In this document: positions 27,396-35,630 of the stretch, in pieces
Layout: each line of letters starts with the position of its first letter
Numbering within the stretch: the first letter of the stretch is position 1
From: an uncultured Erysipelotrichaceae bacterium
Lineage (GTDB): Bacteria > Bacillota_I > Bacilli_A > RFN20 > CAG-826
Length of the DNA stretch: 64,000 bases
Direction: 5' to 3'
Assembly: GCA_900314585.1 (NCBI GenBank)
Contig: OMVV01000001.1
Coordinates: 8,613 to 72,612 of the forward strand
Made by a program: the position numbers and the translations under genes
The notes under the pieces: model-generated
Seen by the model: the letters and a program-made list of their open reading frames with translations, nothing else
Told to the model about the DNA's origin: nothing
Database searches by the model: none

Positions 27396-28436
27396 ATGTC
27401 CGAAATATTCTCAAAAGTAAGTCAGATTAAAGATAAGATTATTTCTGAAATGAGTTCTGTTAAAGATGAAGCATCATTAAAAGAATTCCAAGAGAAACAT
27501 TTATCTAAGAAATCTGAATTATCCCAGTTAATGTCTGAGATCAAAAATCTCGCTAATGAAGAAAAGGCCAAGTTTGGTCAATGTATGAACGAAGCTAGAG
27601 CAGCCGTTAATGAAGCCTTCCAAAAGAAAGCTCAAGAAATTAATGATGCCCTCATCGCTCAAAAACTTAAAAGAGAAACAATTGATATCACTCTTCCTGG
27701 CTATAACTACAAGATGGGTGGAATCAATCCATTCTATTTAGTGCAAGATGAAATTATTGATACATTTGTATCAATGGGTTACGAAGTTAAAGAAGGACCA
27801 GATGTTGAATCTGATTATTATAACTTCGAAAGAATGAACATTCCTGCTAATCACCCAGCTCGTGAAATGCAAGATTCTTTCTACATCAATCCAACCACCT
27901 TGCTTAGAACACACACTTCACCTGAACAAGCGCGTGCGATGGATGAAAAAGGTGGCAAACCTTTGATGATGATTTGCCCAGGCAAATGCTTTAGAAGAGA
28001 TGATGACGATGTCACTCACTCCCATCAATTCGGACAAATTGAAGGTCTTGTTGTTGGCAAAGGTATAACTTTAGCTAACTTAAAAGGCACCTTAGAATTA
28101 TTTATTCGCAAAATGTTTGGTGAAAAACGTGAAGTTCGTTTCCGTGGTTCATATTTCCCATTCACTGAGCCATCAGTTGAAGTCGATGTTACTTGCATGA
28201 ATTGTGGTGGTAAAGGCTGCCCAACTTGTAAAGGAACAGGTTATATCGAAATCCTTGGCGCAGGCATGGTTCATCCAAACGTCTTAAAGATGTCCGGCTA
28301 TGATCCAAAAGTTTATAGCGGATTCGCCTTTGGCGTTGGCATTGAACGTGTCGCGATGCTTCGCTATGGCATCGATGATATCCGCAAAATATATCAAGGA
28401 GATGTTCGATTTATCGAACAATTCTCACGTAAATAG
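27396..28436 (+). CDS. pheS: phenylalanyl-tRNA synthetase alpha subunit
   Basis: HPAREMQDSFY, LLRTHTSPEQAR and GFAFGVGIERVAML are present. Confidence 0.97.
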   Translation: MSEIFSKVSQIKDKIISEMSSVKDEASLKEFQEKHLSKKSELSQLMSEIKNLANEEKAKFGQCMNEARAAVNEAFQKKAQEINDALIAQKLKRETIDITLPGYNYKMGGINPFYLVQDEIIDTFVSMGYEVKEGPDVESDYYNFERMNIPANHPAREMQDSFYINPTTLLRTHTSPEQARAMDEKGGKPLMMICPGKCFRRDDDDVTHSHQFGQIEGLVVGKGITLANLKGTLELFIRKMFGEKREVRFRGSYFPFTEPSVEVDVTCMNCGGKGCPTCKGTGYIEILGAGMVHPNVLKMSGYDPKVYSGFAFGVGIERVAMLRYGIDDIRKIYQGDVRFIEQFSRK

Positions 28437-28448
28437 GAGGTAAACATC

Positions 28449-30842
28449 ATGAAAGTATCACTTAATTTACTCAAAAAATACGTCGATTTAGATGGTTTAA
28501 CTCCTGAAGAAATCGCAAATAGGTTAACCTTTGCTGGTGTTGAGGTTGAATCAATTGAAAAGATCGCTTCTGCTTCTAAAGTTGTTGTCGGTGAAGTTAT
28601 CCATTGTGAAAACATGGAAAATAGCGATCACCTTCACGTTACAAAGGTAAACGCTGGTCCTAAATATGGCACTCTCGACATTGTTTGTGGTGCGCCTAAC
28701 TGCCGTAAAGGCTTAAAGGTTATCGTTGCTTTGGATGGTTGTGTCCTTCCGGGTGGCACGATTAAAAAAGGTCAAATTCGTGGCCATGAATCAAATGGCA
28801 TGCTTTGTTCACTTCTTGAACTTGGTGTTGATTCAAAATATCTAAATGAACAACAAACTAAAGGCATTGAAGAATTACCAGCAAATTTTGAAGTTGGTAG
28901 TGAAAATGTCCTTGAATTGCTTGGTTTAGATGATGTTGTTTTAGATTTAAAATTGCTAGCAAATCGCAGCGATTTATATTCAGTCATCAATGTCGCTAAA
29001 GAAATTAACACTTTATTTGGTAAGAAACTTAATCTTCCAAGTGTAAGTGTTAAAAACACTTTTGAAGCAAAATTCAAAGTTGATTCAAAAACTGAAAAAT
29101 GTCCGCAATTCTCCGCTCGAGTTGTTAAAGGCATCGTTACCAAAGAATCACCAGAGTATTTAAAAGAAGCACTTCGCTCCTCTGGTATTCGTTCTATCAA
29201 TAACATTGTAGATATTGGTAACTATGTCATGCTTTTAACTGGTCAACCACTTCATATGTACGACCTTGATAAACTTGAAAAAGCAGAATTAGTGGTCCGC
29301 GATGATATTGAAGGCGATTTCGTCGCTTTAGATGAAAAGACCTACAAACTTCAAAAAGGCGATATTTGCATTACTTCAAATGGCAAAGTCATGTGTCTTG
29401 GTGGAGTGATGGGCTCTTTAGCGTGCGCGGTTGACGAAAAAACCAAAAACATCGTTATTGAAGCTGCAAACTTTGATTACGCATCAATTCGTCGTACATC
29501 AATTCGCCTTAATTTATCCAGTGATTCTTCTCAACGTTTCGTTAAAGGTATTAATCCAAATCAATATGATTTCGTTATGGATTTAACCGCTAGCTTATTA
29601 AAGGAACTTGCTGATGCAAAAGATATCGCTGAAGTTAATACTTATCTAAAAGATAAATATGTGAAAAAGGAACTTGTTTCTTCTTTTAACTATATCAATT
29701 CTCGTCTTGGTACATCATTTACTAAAGACGAAATCTTTGGAGCGCTTAAAGCCGCCCACATCGATGTCAAAGTTGAAGGTGAAAAACTTATTGCAACTAT
29801 TCCAGATCAACGCATTGATATCACCGATGAAGCTGACTTAAGTGAAGAAGTGATTCGTATCCTAGGATTTGAACACATTGAAGCTAAGCTTCCAGTTACC
29901 GAATTATTCGTCGGTCATCTTGAACCAGCCTTAGAAAAGAAACGCATCGTTCGTTCTTATCTTAGAGGTATTGGTTTAGATGAAGTGCTTTGTTACTCAC
30001 TTATGAGAGAAAAAGAAGTGGAAGATTTCGCAATTCTAAATAAAGACAAAGCTTATAAAGTGATGAATCCACTTACCGATGAACATGAATATGTCCGTAC
30101 CAATTTATTGCCATCTTTGATGAACACTCTTGTTTATAACAAGAATCACTCAAATGATAATGTTGCTATCTTTGAAGTTAGCGATATCTATTCCCAAGTT
30201 GAGAAAAAACATATTCATCTTGGTATCGTTTTAGTGGGCAATGATTTACGTCGCTATGCCTTAAGTGGTGAACCATATTCTTACTATCACTTAAAGGGTG
30301 TTGTCGATTCGCTTCTTGGCTTATTTAATATTGATGAAAAACGCGTTGTTTATTCTCGCTTATCTGAAGTTGAATTTCACCCTGGAAAATCAGCATTAGT
30401 GAAGGTTGATGGTAAGCCATTAGCGATCTTTGGTGAGCTTCATCCAACCACCCTTAAAAAGTATCATCTTGAGAAAGAAAACGTCGTCGCTCTTGAAATG
30501 GATTTAGGTGTCCTTTTCGATGTCAAAACTTCAGCGAAAAAGATGCAAGAAATCTCTCGTTATCAAAGTGTGAAACGCGACTTCGCTTTCGTCTTAAGTA
30601 ATGATGTTACTTCTAAAGAAGTAGTTAGTGAAATTTATAAGGTTAACCGTGAATTAATTAAGTCGGTTGAAATCTTCGATGTTTATAAAGGTGAACACGT
30701 TAAAGAAGGCCACTACTCGATGGCAGTTTCAGTCTATCTATCTAGTAACGAAAAGACCCTCAATGATAACGATATTTCTAACATCGAAAATCAAATCATT
30801 AAAGCGGTGGAAACCAAGTTTGGAGCAGAACTTCGCAAATAA
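28449..30842 (+). CDS. pheT: phenylalanyl-tRNA synthetase beta subunit
   Basis: N-terminal tRNA-binding domain, B3/4 and B5 domains, and a ferredoxin-like C-terminus. 797 aa. Confidence 0.97.
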   Translation: MKVSLNLLKKYVDLDGLTPEEIANRLTFAGVEVESIEKIASASKVVVGEVIHCENMENSDHLHVTKVNAGPKYGTLDIVCGAPNCRKGLKVIVALDGCVLPGGTIKKGQIRGHESNGMLCSLLELGVDSKYLNEQQTKGIEELPANFEVGSENVLELLGLDDVVLDLKLLANRSDLYSVINVAKEINTLFGKKLNLPSVSVKNTFEAKFKVDSKTEKCPQFSARVVKGIVTKESPEYLKEALRSSGIRSINNIVDIGNYVMLLTGQPLHMYDLDKLEKAELVVRDDIEGDFVALDEKTYKLQKGDICITSNGKVMCLGGVMGSLACAVDEKTKNIVIEAANFDYASIRRTSIRLNLSSDSSQRFVKGINPNQYDFVMDLTASLLKELADAKDIAEVNTYLKDKYVKKELVSSFNYINSRLGTSFTKDEIFGALKAAHIDVKVEGEKLIATIPDQRIDITDEADLSEEVIRILGFEHIEAKLPVTELFVGHLEPALEKKRIVRSYLRGIGLDEVLCYSLMREKEVEDFAILNKDKAYKVMNPLTDEHEYVRTNLLPSLMNTLVYNKNHSNDNVAIFEVSDIYSQVEKKHIHLGIVLVGNDLRRYALSGEPYSYYHLKGVVDSLLGLFNIDEKRVVYSRLSEVEFHPGKSALVKVDGKPLAIFGELHPTTLKKYHLEKENVVALEMDLGVLFDVKTSAKKMQEISRYQSVKRDFAFVLSNDVTSKEVVSEIYKVNRELIKSVEIFDVYKGEHVKEGHYSMAVSVYLSSNEKTLNDNDISNIENQIIKAVETKFGAELRK

Positions 30843-31342
30843 TGAAAATTGATGTTTCAAAACTAATCTACACAAAAGAAAATGCGTTTGAAGAAACACT
30901 AAGCTTTGATCCGGAAAAATTTGTTTGTCATCCACCTTTACTTGAAGTTAAAAAAGTGGATGTTGTCGCGAAAGTTAATCGCTACGAACAATTTATTTAT
31001 GTCGATTTAAATCTTAATGCAGATGTTATCCTTCAATGTTCGTACACTTTGAAGCCGTTTGAGAGCAAAATTAAAGGTCAAGAAGAACTTCATTTTGCCT
31101 CCTACGCTGAAGAGGGCGATGACGACATCATAATATATAAAGGTAATTCAATTGAATTAGATAAATATATTTTCGATGTGTTATCTGCATCAATTCCTCT
31201 TTCTCCAAAAGCCCCAAATGCCAAGCTTCCAAAAAGCGGAAAAGATTACCGAGTTTTATCGCTTGATGAATTTGAAAAGGAGCGAGCTAATAAAGTTGAT
31301 CATCGTTTCGATGCTTTAGATAGTTTAGAATTCGACGATTAA
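30842..31342 (+). CDS. YceD/DUF177-family protein
   Basis: 166 aa and acidic, with a C-terminal VDHRFDALDSL resembling the DPRxxxL motif of DUF177. The start overlaps the pheT stop (TAATG). Confidence 0.6.
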   Translation: MKIDVSKLIYTKENAFEETLSFDPEKFVCHPPLLEVKKVDVVAKVNRYEQFIYVDLNLNADVILQCSYTLKPFESKIKGQEELHFASYAEEGDDDIIIYKGNSIELDKYIFDVLSASIPLSPKAPNAKLPKSGKDYRVLSLDEFEKERANKVDHRFDALDSLEFDD

Positions 31343-31364
31343 TAAAAGCTAACTTTACTTTGTA

Positions 31365-31389
31365 AAACGTCGCAAATCGCGGCGTTTTT
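31365..31389 (+). terminator. intrinsic terminator after the yceD-like gene
   Basis: AAACGTCGC-aaatc-GCGGCGTTT followed by a T run. Confidence 0.8.
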
Positions 31390-31422
31390 CTTTATTTCGA
31401 GGTTATTTTTTTAAAATAGTTG

Positions 31423-31452
31423 TTTACAAATTTGGCGGTATTTCACTATAAT
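31423..31452 (+). promoter_or_regulatory. candidate sigma-A promoter of the mraZ operon
   Basis: TTTACA (31423-31428), an 18-nt spacer, then TATAAT (31447-31452). Confidence 0.45.
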
Positions 31453-31459
31453 TGAAATG

Positions 31460-31476
31460 AAAGTGGGAGAAAGTGG
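31460..31476 (+). promoter_or_regulatory. two direct AAAGTGG boxes with a 3-nt spacer; candidate MraZ operator
   Basis: AAAGTGG-gag-AAAGTGG read directly, with 10-bp periodicity. Lies between the -10 element and the mraZ ATG. Confidence 0.45.
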
Positions 31477-31481
31477 TAAAA

Positions 31482-31910
31482 ATGTTTTTCGGGTCATTTG
31501 AACACAGTTTAGATGATAAAAATCGTTTGCTAATTCCAAGTAGACTACGTGGTGAACTTGGCGCAAAGCTATTCATCATGAAAGGCTACGAAGGATCTTT
31601 AGCGATCTATCCTGAAGCCAAATTCGAGAACTACTTGAAGAAGCTCGAATCTTTACCGTTTGAATCGAAACTTTCACGTGATATCGAACGAATCTCGCTT
31701 AGCTCTGTCTTTGAACTTGACATTGACAAAGTCAATCGTATTCAAATTCCTACGGCACTTATCCACAAATTTAAAATCACTAAAGATGTTGTGGTGGTTG
31801 GGGTTATTGACCACATTGAAGTTTGGTCAAAATCTAAATGGGATGAGTACTTAAAAGACAATGAAGCAGAATTCGAAGCTAAATCGGAAGAACTCCTCAA
31901 AAATGTCTAA
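31482..31910 (+). CDS. mraZ: division/cell wall cluster transcriptional regulator MraZ
   Basis: MFFGSFEHSLDDKNRLLIPSRLR, with the second SpoVT/AbrB-like half ending DKVNRIQIP. I prefer ATG 31482 to the track's GTG 31473. Confidence 0.93.
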   Translation: MFFGSFEHSLDDKNRLLIPSRLRGELGAKLFIMKGYEGSLAIYPEAKFENYLKKLESLPFESKLSRDIERISLSSVFELDIDKVNRIQIPTALIHKFKITKDVVVVGVIDHIEVWSKSKWDEYLKDNEAEFEAKSEELLKNV

Positions 31911-32838
31911 TCATGTTTCGGTTCTTCTTCTAGAGGCGATTGATTCGCTCAATATCAAAGCTGATGGTGTTTATGTCGACCTTACCTTAGGTAGGGGAGG
32001 ACATTCAAAAGAAATTTTAAGACGAATTCCATGCGGTTATTTATATGCTTTCGATAAAGACGAAGAGGCTATTAAAGAATCCGAGGTAAATCTTAAAGAT
32101 TTCGATAATAAAAAACTCATTCATGATGACTTTAGGAATTTCAAAGATCATTTGAAGTCATTGGGAATAAACTCTGTTGATGGAATCCTTATGGATTTAG
32201 GGGTCTCATCACCTCAATTCGATGACATTGATCGTGGCTTCTCTTACAAAGAAGAAGCTCGTCTAGATATGAGGATGGATCAAAGGCAATCCTTAGATGC
32301 CTACAAAGTAGTCAACACATATTCTTTGGAAGATTTAACGAGAATATTCAAAGAATATGGTGAAGATAAATTTGCCTATCTAGTCGCGAAAAAAATCGTG
32401 AAGGAAAGGCAGGTCGCTCCAATTGAAACAACCACTCAATTGGTCGATATCATCAAAGCAGTGAAACCGCAAAAGGAACTCCTAAAGAAGGGTCATCCTG
32501 CTAAACAAATTTTCCAAGCTATTCGCATTGAAGTTAATGACGAATTAGGTGCTCTTAAAGAGGCCTTAAATGATGCCATCGAAATGCTTAATGTCGGTGG
32601 TCGAATAGCGGTGATCACCTTCCACTCTTTAGAAGATAGGATCGTCAAAAATGCCTTCAACAGCGTTGCCAAAGTTGAAGGAAATCGTCGCTTGGTTTTC
32701 GCTCTTCCAAAAGCGGAAGATGAGCCAAAATATCGCTTAATTAATAACAAAGTTATTATTGCAAGTGATAAAGAGCTAGAAAATAACCCAAGAAGTAAGT
32801 CAGCAAAACTTAGGGCAATAGAAAGGAGCAGATTATGA
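31903..32838 (+). CDS. rsmH: 16S rRNA (cytosine1402-N4)-methyltransferase
   Basis: HVSVLLLEAID, DLTLGRGGHS, DLGVSSPQFD and ITFHSLEDR are present. The start ATG 31903 overlaps the mraZ stop (ATGTCTAA). The track's upstream start adds 14 non-conserved residues. Confidence 0.93.
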   Translation: MSNHVSVLLLEAIDSLNIKADGVYVDLTLGRGGHSKEILRRIPCGYLYAFDKDEEAIKESEVNLKDFDNKKLIHDDFRNFKDHLKSLGINSVDGILMDLGVSSPQFDDIDRGFSYKEEARLDMRMDQRQSLDAYKVVNTYSLEDLTRIFKEYGEDKFAYLVAKKIVKERQVAPIETTTQLVDIIKAVKPQKELLKKGHPAKQIFQAIRIEVNDELGALKEALNDAIEMLNVGGRIAVITFHSLEDRIVKNAFNSVAKVEGNRRLVFALPKAEDEPKYRLINNKVIIASDKELENNPRSKSAKLRAIERSRL

Positions 32839-32996
32839 AAGATAAGCTTTATAAGCATCACTTACCAAAGTCATATTTTCGTCGTAAAAAGATTGCGATT
32901 ATTTCCTTAATCTTGCTCGCTTTAACTGTTTCTGTTGCCGTTCCAGTTTCTGTTTCAGTTTATTATCAAAACCACGTCAGCCAAGTCCAAAAATAA
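32835..32996 (+). CDS. 53-aa single-pass membrane protein in the FtsL position (absent from the ORF track)
   Basis: ATG 32835 overlaps the rsmH stop (ATGA), with SD GAAAGGAG 8 nt upstream. Translation is MKDKLYKHHLPKSYFRRKKIAIISLILLALTVSVAVPVSVSVYYQNHVSQVQK*. Confidence 0.6.
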   Translation: MKDKLYKHHLPKSYFRRKKIAIISLILLALTVSVAVPVSVSVYYQNHVSQVQK

Positions 32997-33048
32997 AAAG
33001 ATTTGTTATATTAGCAACTCATATATATAATATATTGGTACTAAATAT

Positions 33049-34260
33049 ATGGAAAAACGTATTGCCGTTATCGAAATCTCGAACCGCGAAGTCCGTCTAA
33101 TCATTGGCGATGTCGTCAATGACAAACCGGTTCTTTTATATCAAACAACTCGTCCAATCGCCGGACTTGTTTCTCGTGGAGAAATCGTTGACAAAGATAC
33201 GTTAACTCAAATTATTGCATCCCTTGCCAATATCGTTGATCCAAATGTCAGAATGAAATTAAGAGTCACTGACGCAACAATTATCATTCCAGCAGGCGGC
33301 TTATCAGTTTATCAAGCAGACAAAACAACAACTGTTGTTTCACAAACATCGATTATCGAGCCTCTTGATATTATCAACGTTATTAACCAAGTTAGCAAAG
33401 AGCCAATTCCAGGTGGCAACGAAATTGTCGACATCGTTCCAGATTATTTCGTTACCGAAACTAAGAAGTTCCGTGAACCTCCAATTGGTGAAAAATCAAA
33501 TGCCTTAAAACTCAAAGCGAAAGTTTATACTTTACCACGTCGTATTATCGATTCTTATCGCACGGTTGTTTCTAATGCAGGTATTAGACCAAAAAGAATG
33601 TTTGTCACTCCATATGGTCTAATTGAACTTGCTAAGCAAGCAAACGAATTCCCAAAGGATTATTTCCTTGTTGATATGGGTGGTGAATGTAGTTCAATCT
33701 CCCTTGTCGGTAATCAATCCTTATTTGCGTCCATCTCATTCACATTAGGTGGTGAAGACTTGATCAACTATGTTAGCCAAGAAATGCAAATCACCTACGA
33801 TATGGCCCATGAACTAGTTGAACTTTATGGAATTAACGAAAGAGAGCTTTCCTTCAAACCAGTTATTGCTAGAGCAATAATCAACGATGTTGAAGTTAAA
33901 TACACTCCTGATGATTTAAGTAAAATCATCATCGATTTCTTTGCCGAATCCTACTTCAAACAATTTGATGTGGTGATGAGCCAACTCACTGAGAATTATT
34001 CTCGTGAAAACTTATCAACTCTTCCAATTGTATTCACTGGTGGATTCTCCAAATTGCATGGTTTTGACAAATTAGCCAAAGAAAAATTTGCCGATAATCA
34101 ATCAATCCATTATCTTGAACCAAACACGATAGGCGCTCGCTCACGCTCATACGCTGCAATTGTTGGAGCGCTCATCGCATCAAGCAAATATAAAGGAACT
34201 TTATCCGACTCCCGTGCTCGTGTAGCACCTGTGGAACGCGTCGAAGAAAAACAAGACTAA
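33049..34260 (+). CDS. ftsA: cell division protein FtsA
   Basis: Actin-fold protein (IAVIEISNREVRLIIG, VDMGGECSS, VFTGGFSKLHGF) immediately upstream of ftsZ. Confidence 0.93.
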   Translation: MEKRIAVIEISNREVRLIIGDVVNDKPVLLYQTTRPIAGLVSRGEIVDKDTLTQIIASLANIVDPNVRMKLRVTDATIIIPAGGLSVYQADKTTTVVSQTSIIEPLDIINVINQVSKEPIPGGNEIVDIVPDYFVTETKKFREPPIGEKSNALKLKAKVYTLPRRIIDSYRTVVSNAGIRPKRMFVTPYGLIELAKQANEFPKDYFLVDMGGECSSISLVGNQSLFASISFTLGGEDLINYVSQEMQITYDMAHELVELYGINERELSFKPVIARAIINDVEVKYTPDDLSKIIIDFFAESYFKQFDVVMSQLTENYSRENLSTLPIVFTGGFSKLHGFDKLAKEKFADNQSIHYLEPNTIGARSRSYAAIVGALIASSKYKGTLSDSRARVAPVERVEEKQD

Positions 34261-34276
34261 TCTTGGAGGTAAACAA

Positions 34277-35386
34277 ATGTACGAAGACAATTTAGACAAT
34301 TATGAAGCCGTTGCTCGCATCGTTGTTATCGGTGTTGGTGGGGCTGGCTCAAACGCTGTCAATCGAATGATTGATGATAACATTTCATCTGTCGAATTTT
34401 TTGTGGCAAACACCGACCGCCAATCATTATCTAGAAGCAAAGCTTCTAATCGTCTTGTTTTAGGTGAAGAAATCACCAATGGCTTAGGCGCTGGTGGTGA
34501 ACCAGAAGTTGGTCGCGCAGCTGCGGAAGCAAGCGTTGATCAAATCCGCGATATCGTTCGTGGCGCAAATCTTGTCTTTATCGCTGCAGGTATGGGTGGA
34601 GGCACTGGTACAGGTGCATCTCCAGTCATCGCTCAAATCGCAAAAGAAGAAGGTGCCTTAACTGTCGCGATCGTTACTCGTCCATTTACCTTTGAAGGTA
34701 AGAAGAGAATCGCTAATTCAGTTGAAGGCTTAAATAATTTAAAACAAGCTGTTGACGCTATCATTATCGTTTCTAACGATAAATTATTGATGGTCAGCGG
34801 TTCGCAACCAATCTCAGAAGCCTTTGCAGAATCCGATCACGTCTTAGCTCAATCCGTTAAGACTGTCACCGATTTAATCTTACGTCCAGCCTTTATCAAT
34901 CTTGATTTCGCGGATGTTAAGAATACTCTTAAAGAATCTGGCATTTCCCTTATCGGATTTGGTATGGGTACAGGTCCAAACCGCGCTCAAGATGCAGCCC
35001 AAAATGCGATTTCATCGCCACTTCTTGAAGCATCCATTAATGGTGCACGCCGCGCAATCTGTGCCGTCACCTGTGGACGCGAAGTCTCATTATATGAGGC
35101 TCAAGAAACCGTCAACCGCATCATTGAAGCGGCTGGACAAAGCGTTGATATCAAATTCGGTGTCTCAATCAATGAAGAATTAACTGATCAAATCCTTGTT
35201 TCAGTTATCGCATCCGATTTCACTGAAGACTTTGATTTCACTCACGTGCCTACATACGAAGCTCCACAGCCTCGTCCAGCTAGTGAAAATCTAGAAGCAA
35301 TGGGTGAAAATAAACCTGAAATTAATGAAGAAGAAGTTGAAGAAGATCCAAACGATGCCTTCTTACCAAACTTCTTAAAAGACTAA
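34277..35386 (+). CDS. ftsZ: cell division GTPase FtsZ
   Basis: VIGVGGAGSNAVNRM, the tubulin signature GMGGGTGTGASPV, and the C-terminal peptide DAFLPNFLKD. Confidence 0.97.
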   Translation: MYEDNLDNYEAVARIVVIGVGGAGSNAVNRMIDDNISSVEFFVANTDRQSLSRSKASNRLVLGEEITNGLGAGGEPEVGRAAAEASVDQIRDIVRGANLVFIAAGMGGGTGTGASPVIAQIAKEEGALTVAIVTRPFTFEGKKRIANSVEGLNNLKQAVDAIIIVSNDKLLMVSGSQPISEAFAESDHVLAQSVKTVTDLILRPAFINLDFADVKNTLKESGISLIGFGMGTGPNRAQDAAQNAISSPLLEASINGARRAICAVTCGREVSLYEAQETVNRIIEAAGQSVDIKFGVSINEELTDQILVSVIASDFTEDFDFTHVPTYEAPQPRPASENLEAMGENKPEINEEEVEEDPNDAFLPNFLKD

Positions 35387-35395
35387 ATTTCTTTA

Positions 35396-35609
35396 ATTAA
35401 TAGACACGGTAATTAGATAAACTCTTCTTAGCGAGCTAACGATGGTGGAAGGTTAGCAAGAGCCCTAATTATTATCCCTATTATCTAAGCAAGCTGAATT
35501 AGTAGTAAGCGAGCCGTAAATCTGCGTTAAAGATATATAAGCGCTATAACAAAGTTATAGAATTAAGGTGGTACCGCGCTAGAATGCGTCCTTATCTTGG
35601 GCGCTTTTT
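35396..35609 (+). promoter_or_regulatory. T-box leader, probable Ile specifier AUC
   Basis: Stem I has the AG bulge AGCGAG and distal loop GATGGTGGAAG. The T-box sequence AATTAAGGTGGTACCGCGC lies at 35561-35579. Terminator GCGTCC-ttatctt-GGGCGC is followed by TTTTT (35586-35609). ATC at 35474-35476 sits just 5' of the closing helix CTATT/AATAG. Confidence 0.8.
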
Positions 35610-35630
35610 ATATGAAAAAGAGGTAGAAAA

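Noticed and set aside
31861-31902. Upstream starts proposed by the ORF track for rsmH (31861), rluD (38888), mraZ (GTG 31473), pepT (GTG 53253), the 48004 gene (TTG 47950) and the 49618 gene (TTG 49609).
   Set aside because: The extensions overlap the preceding genes or add non-conserved residues. Internal ATGs with SD-like sequences reproduce the canonical N-termini.
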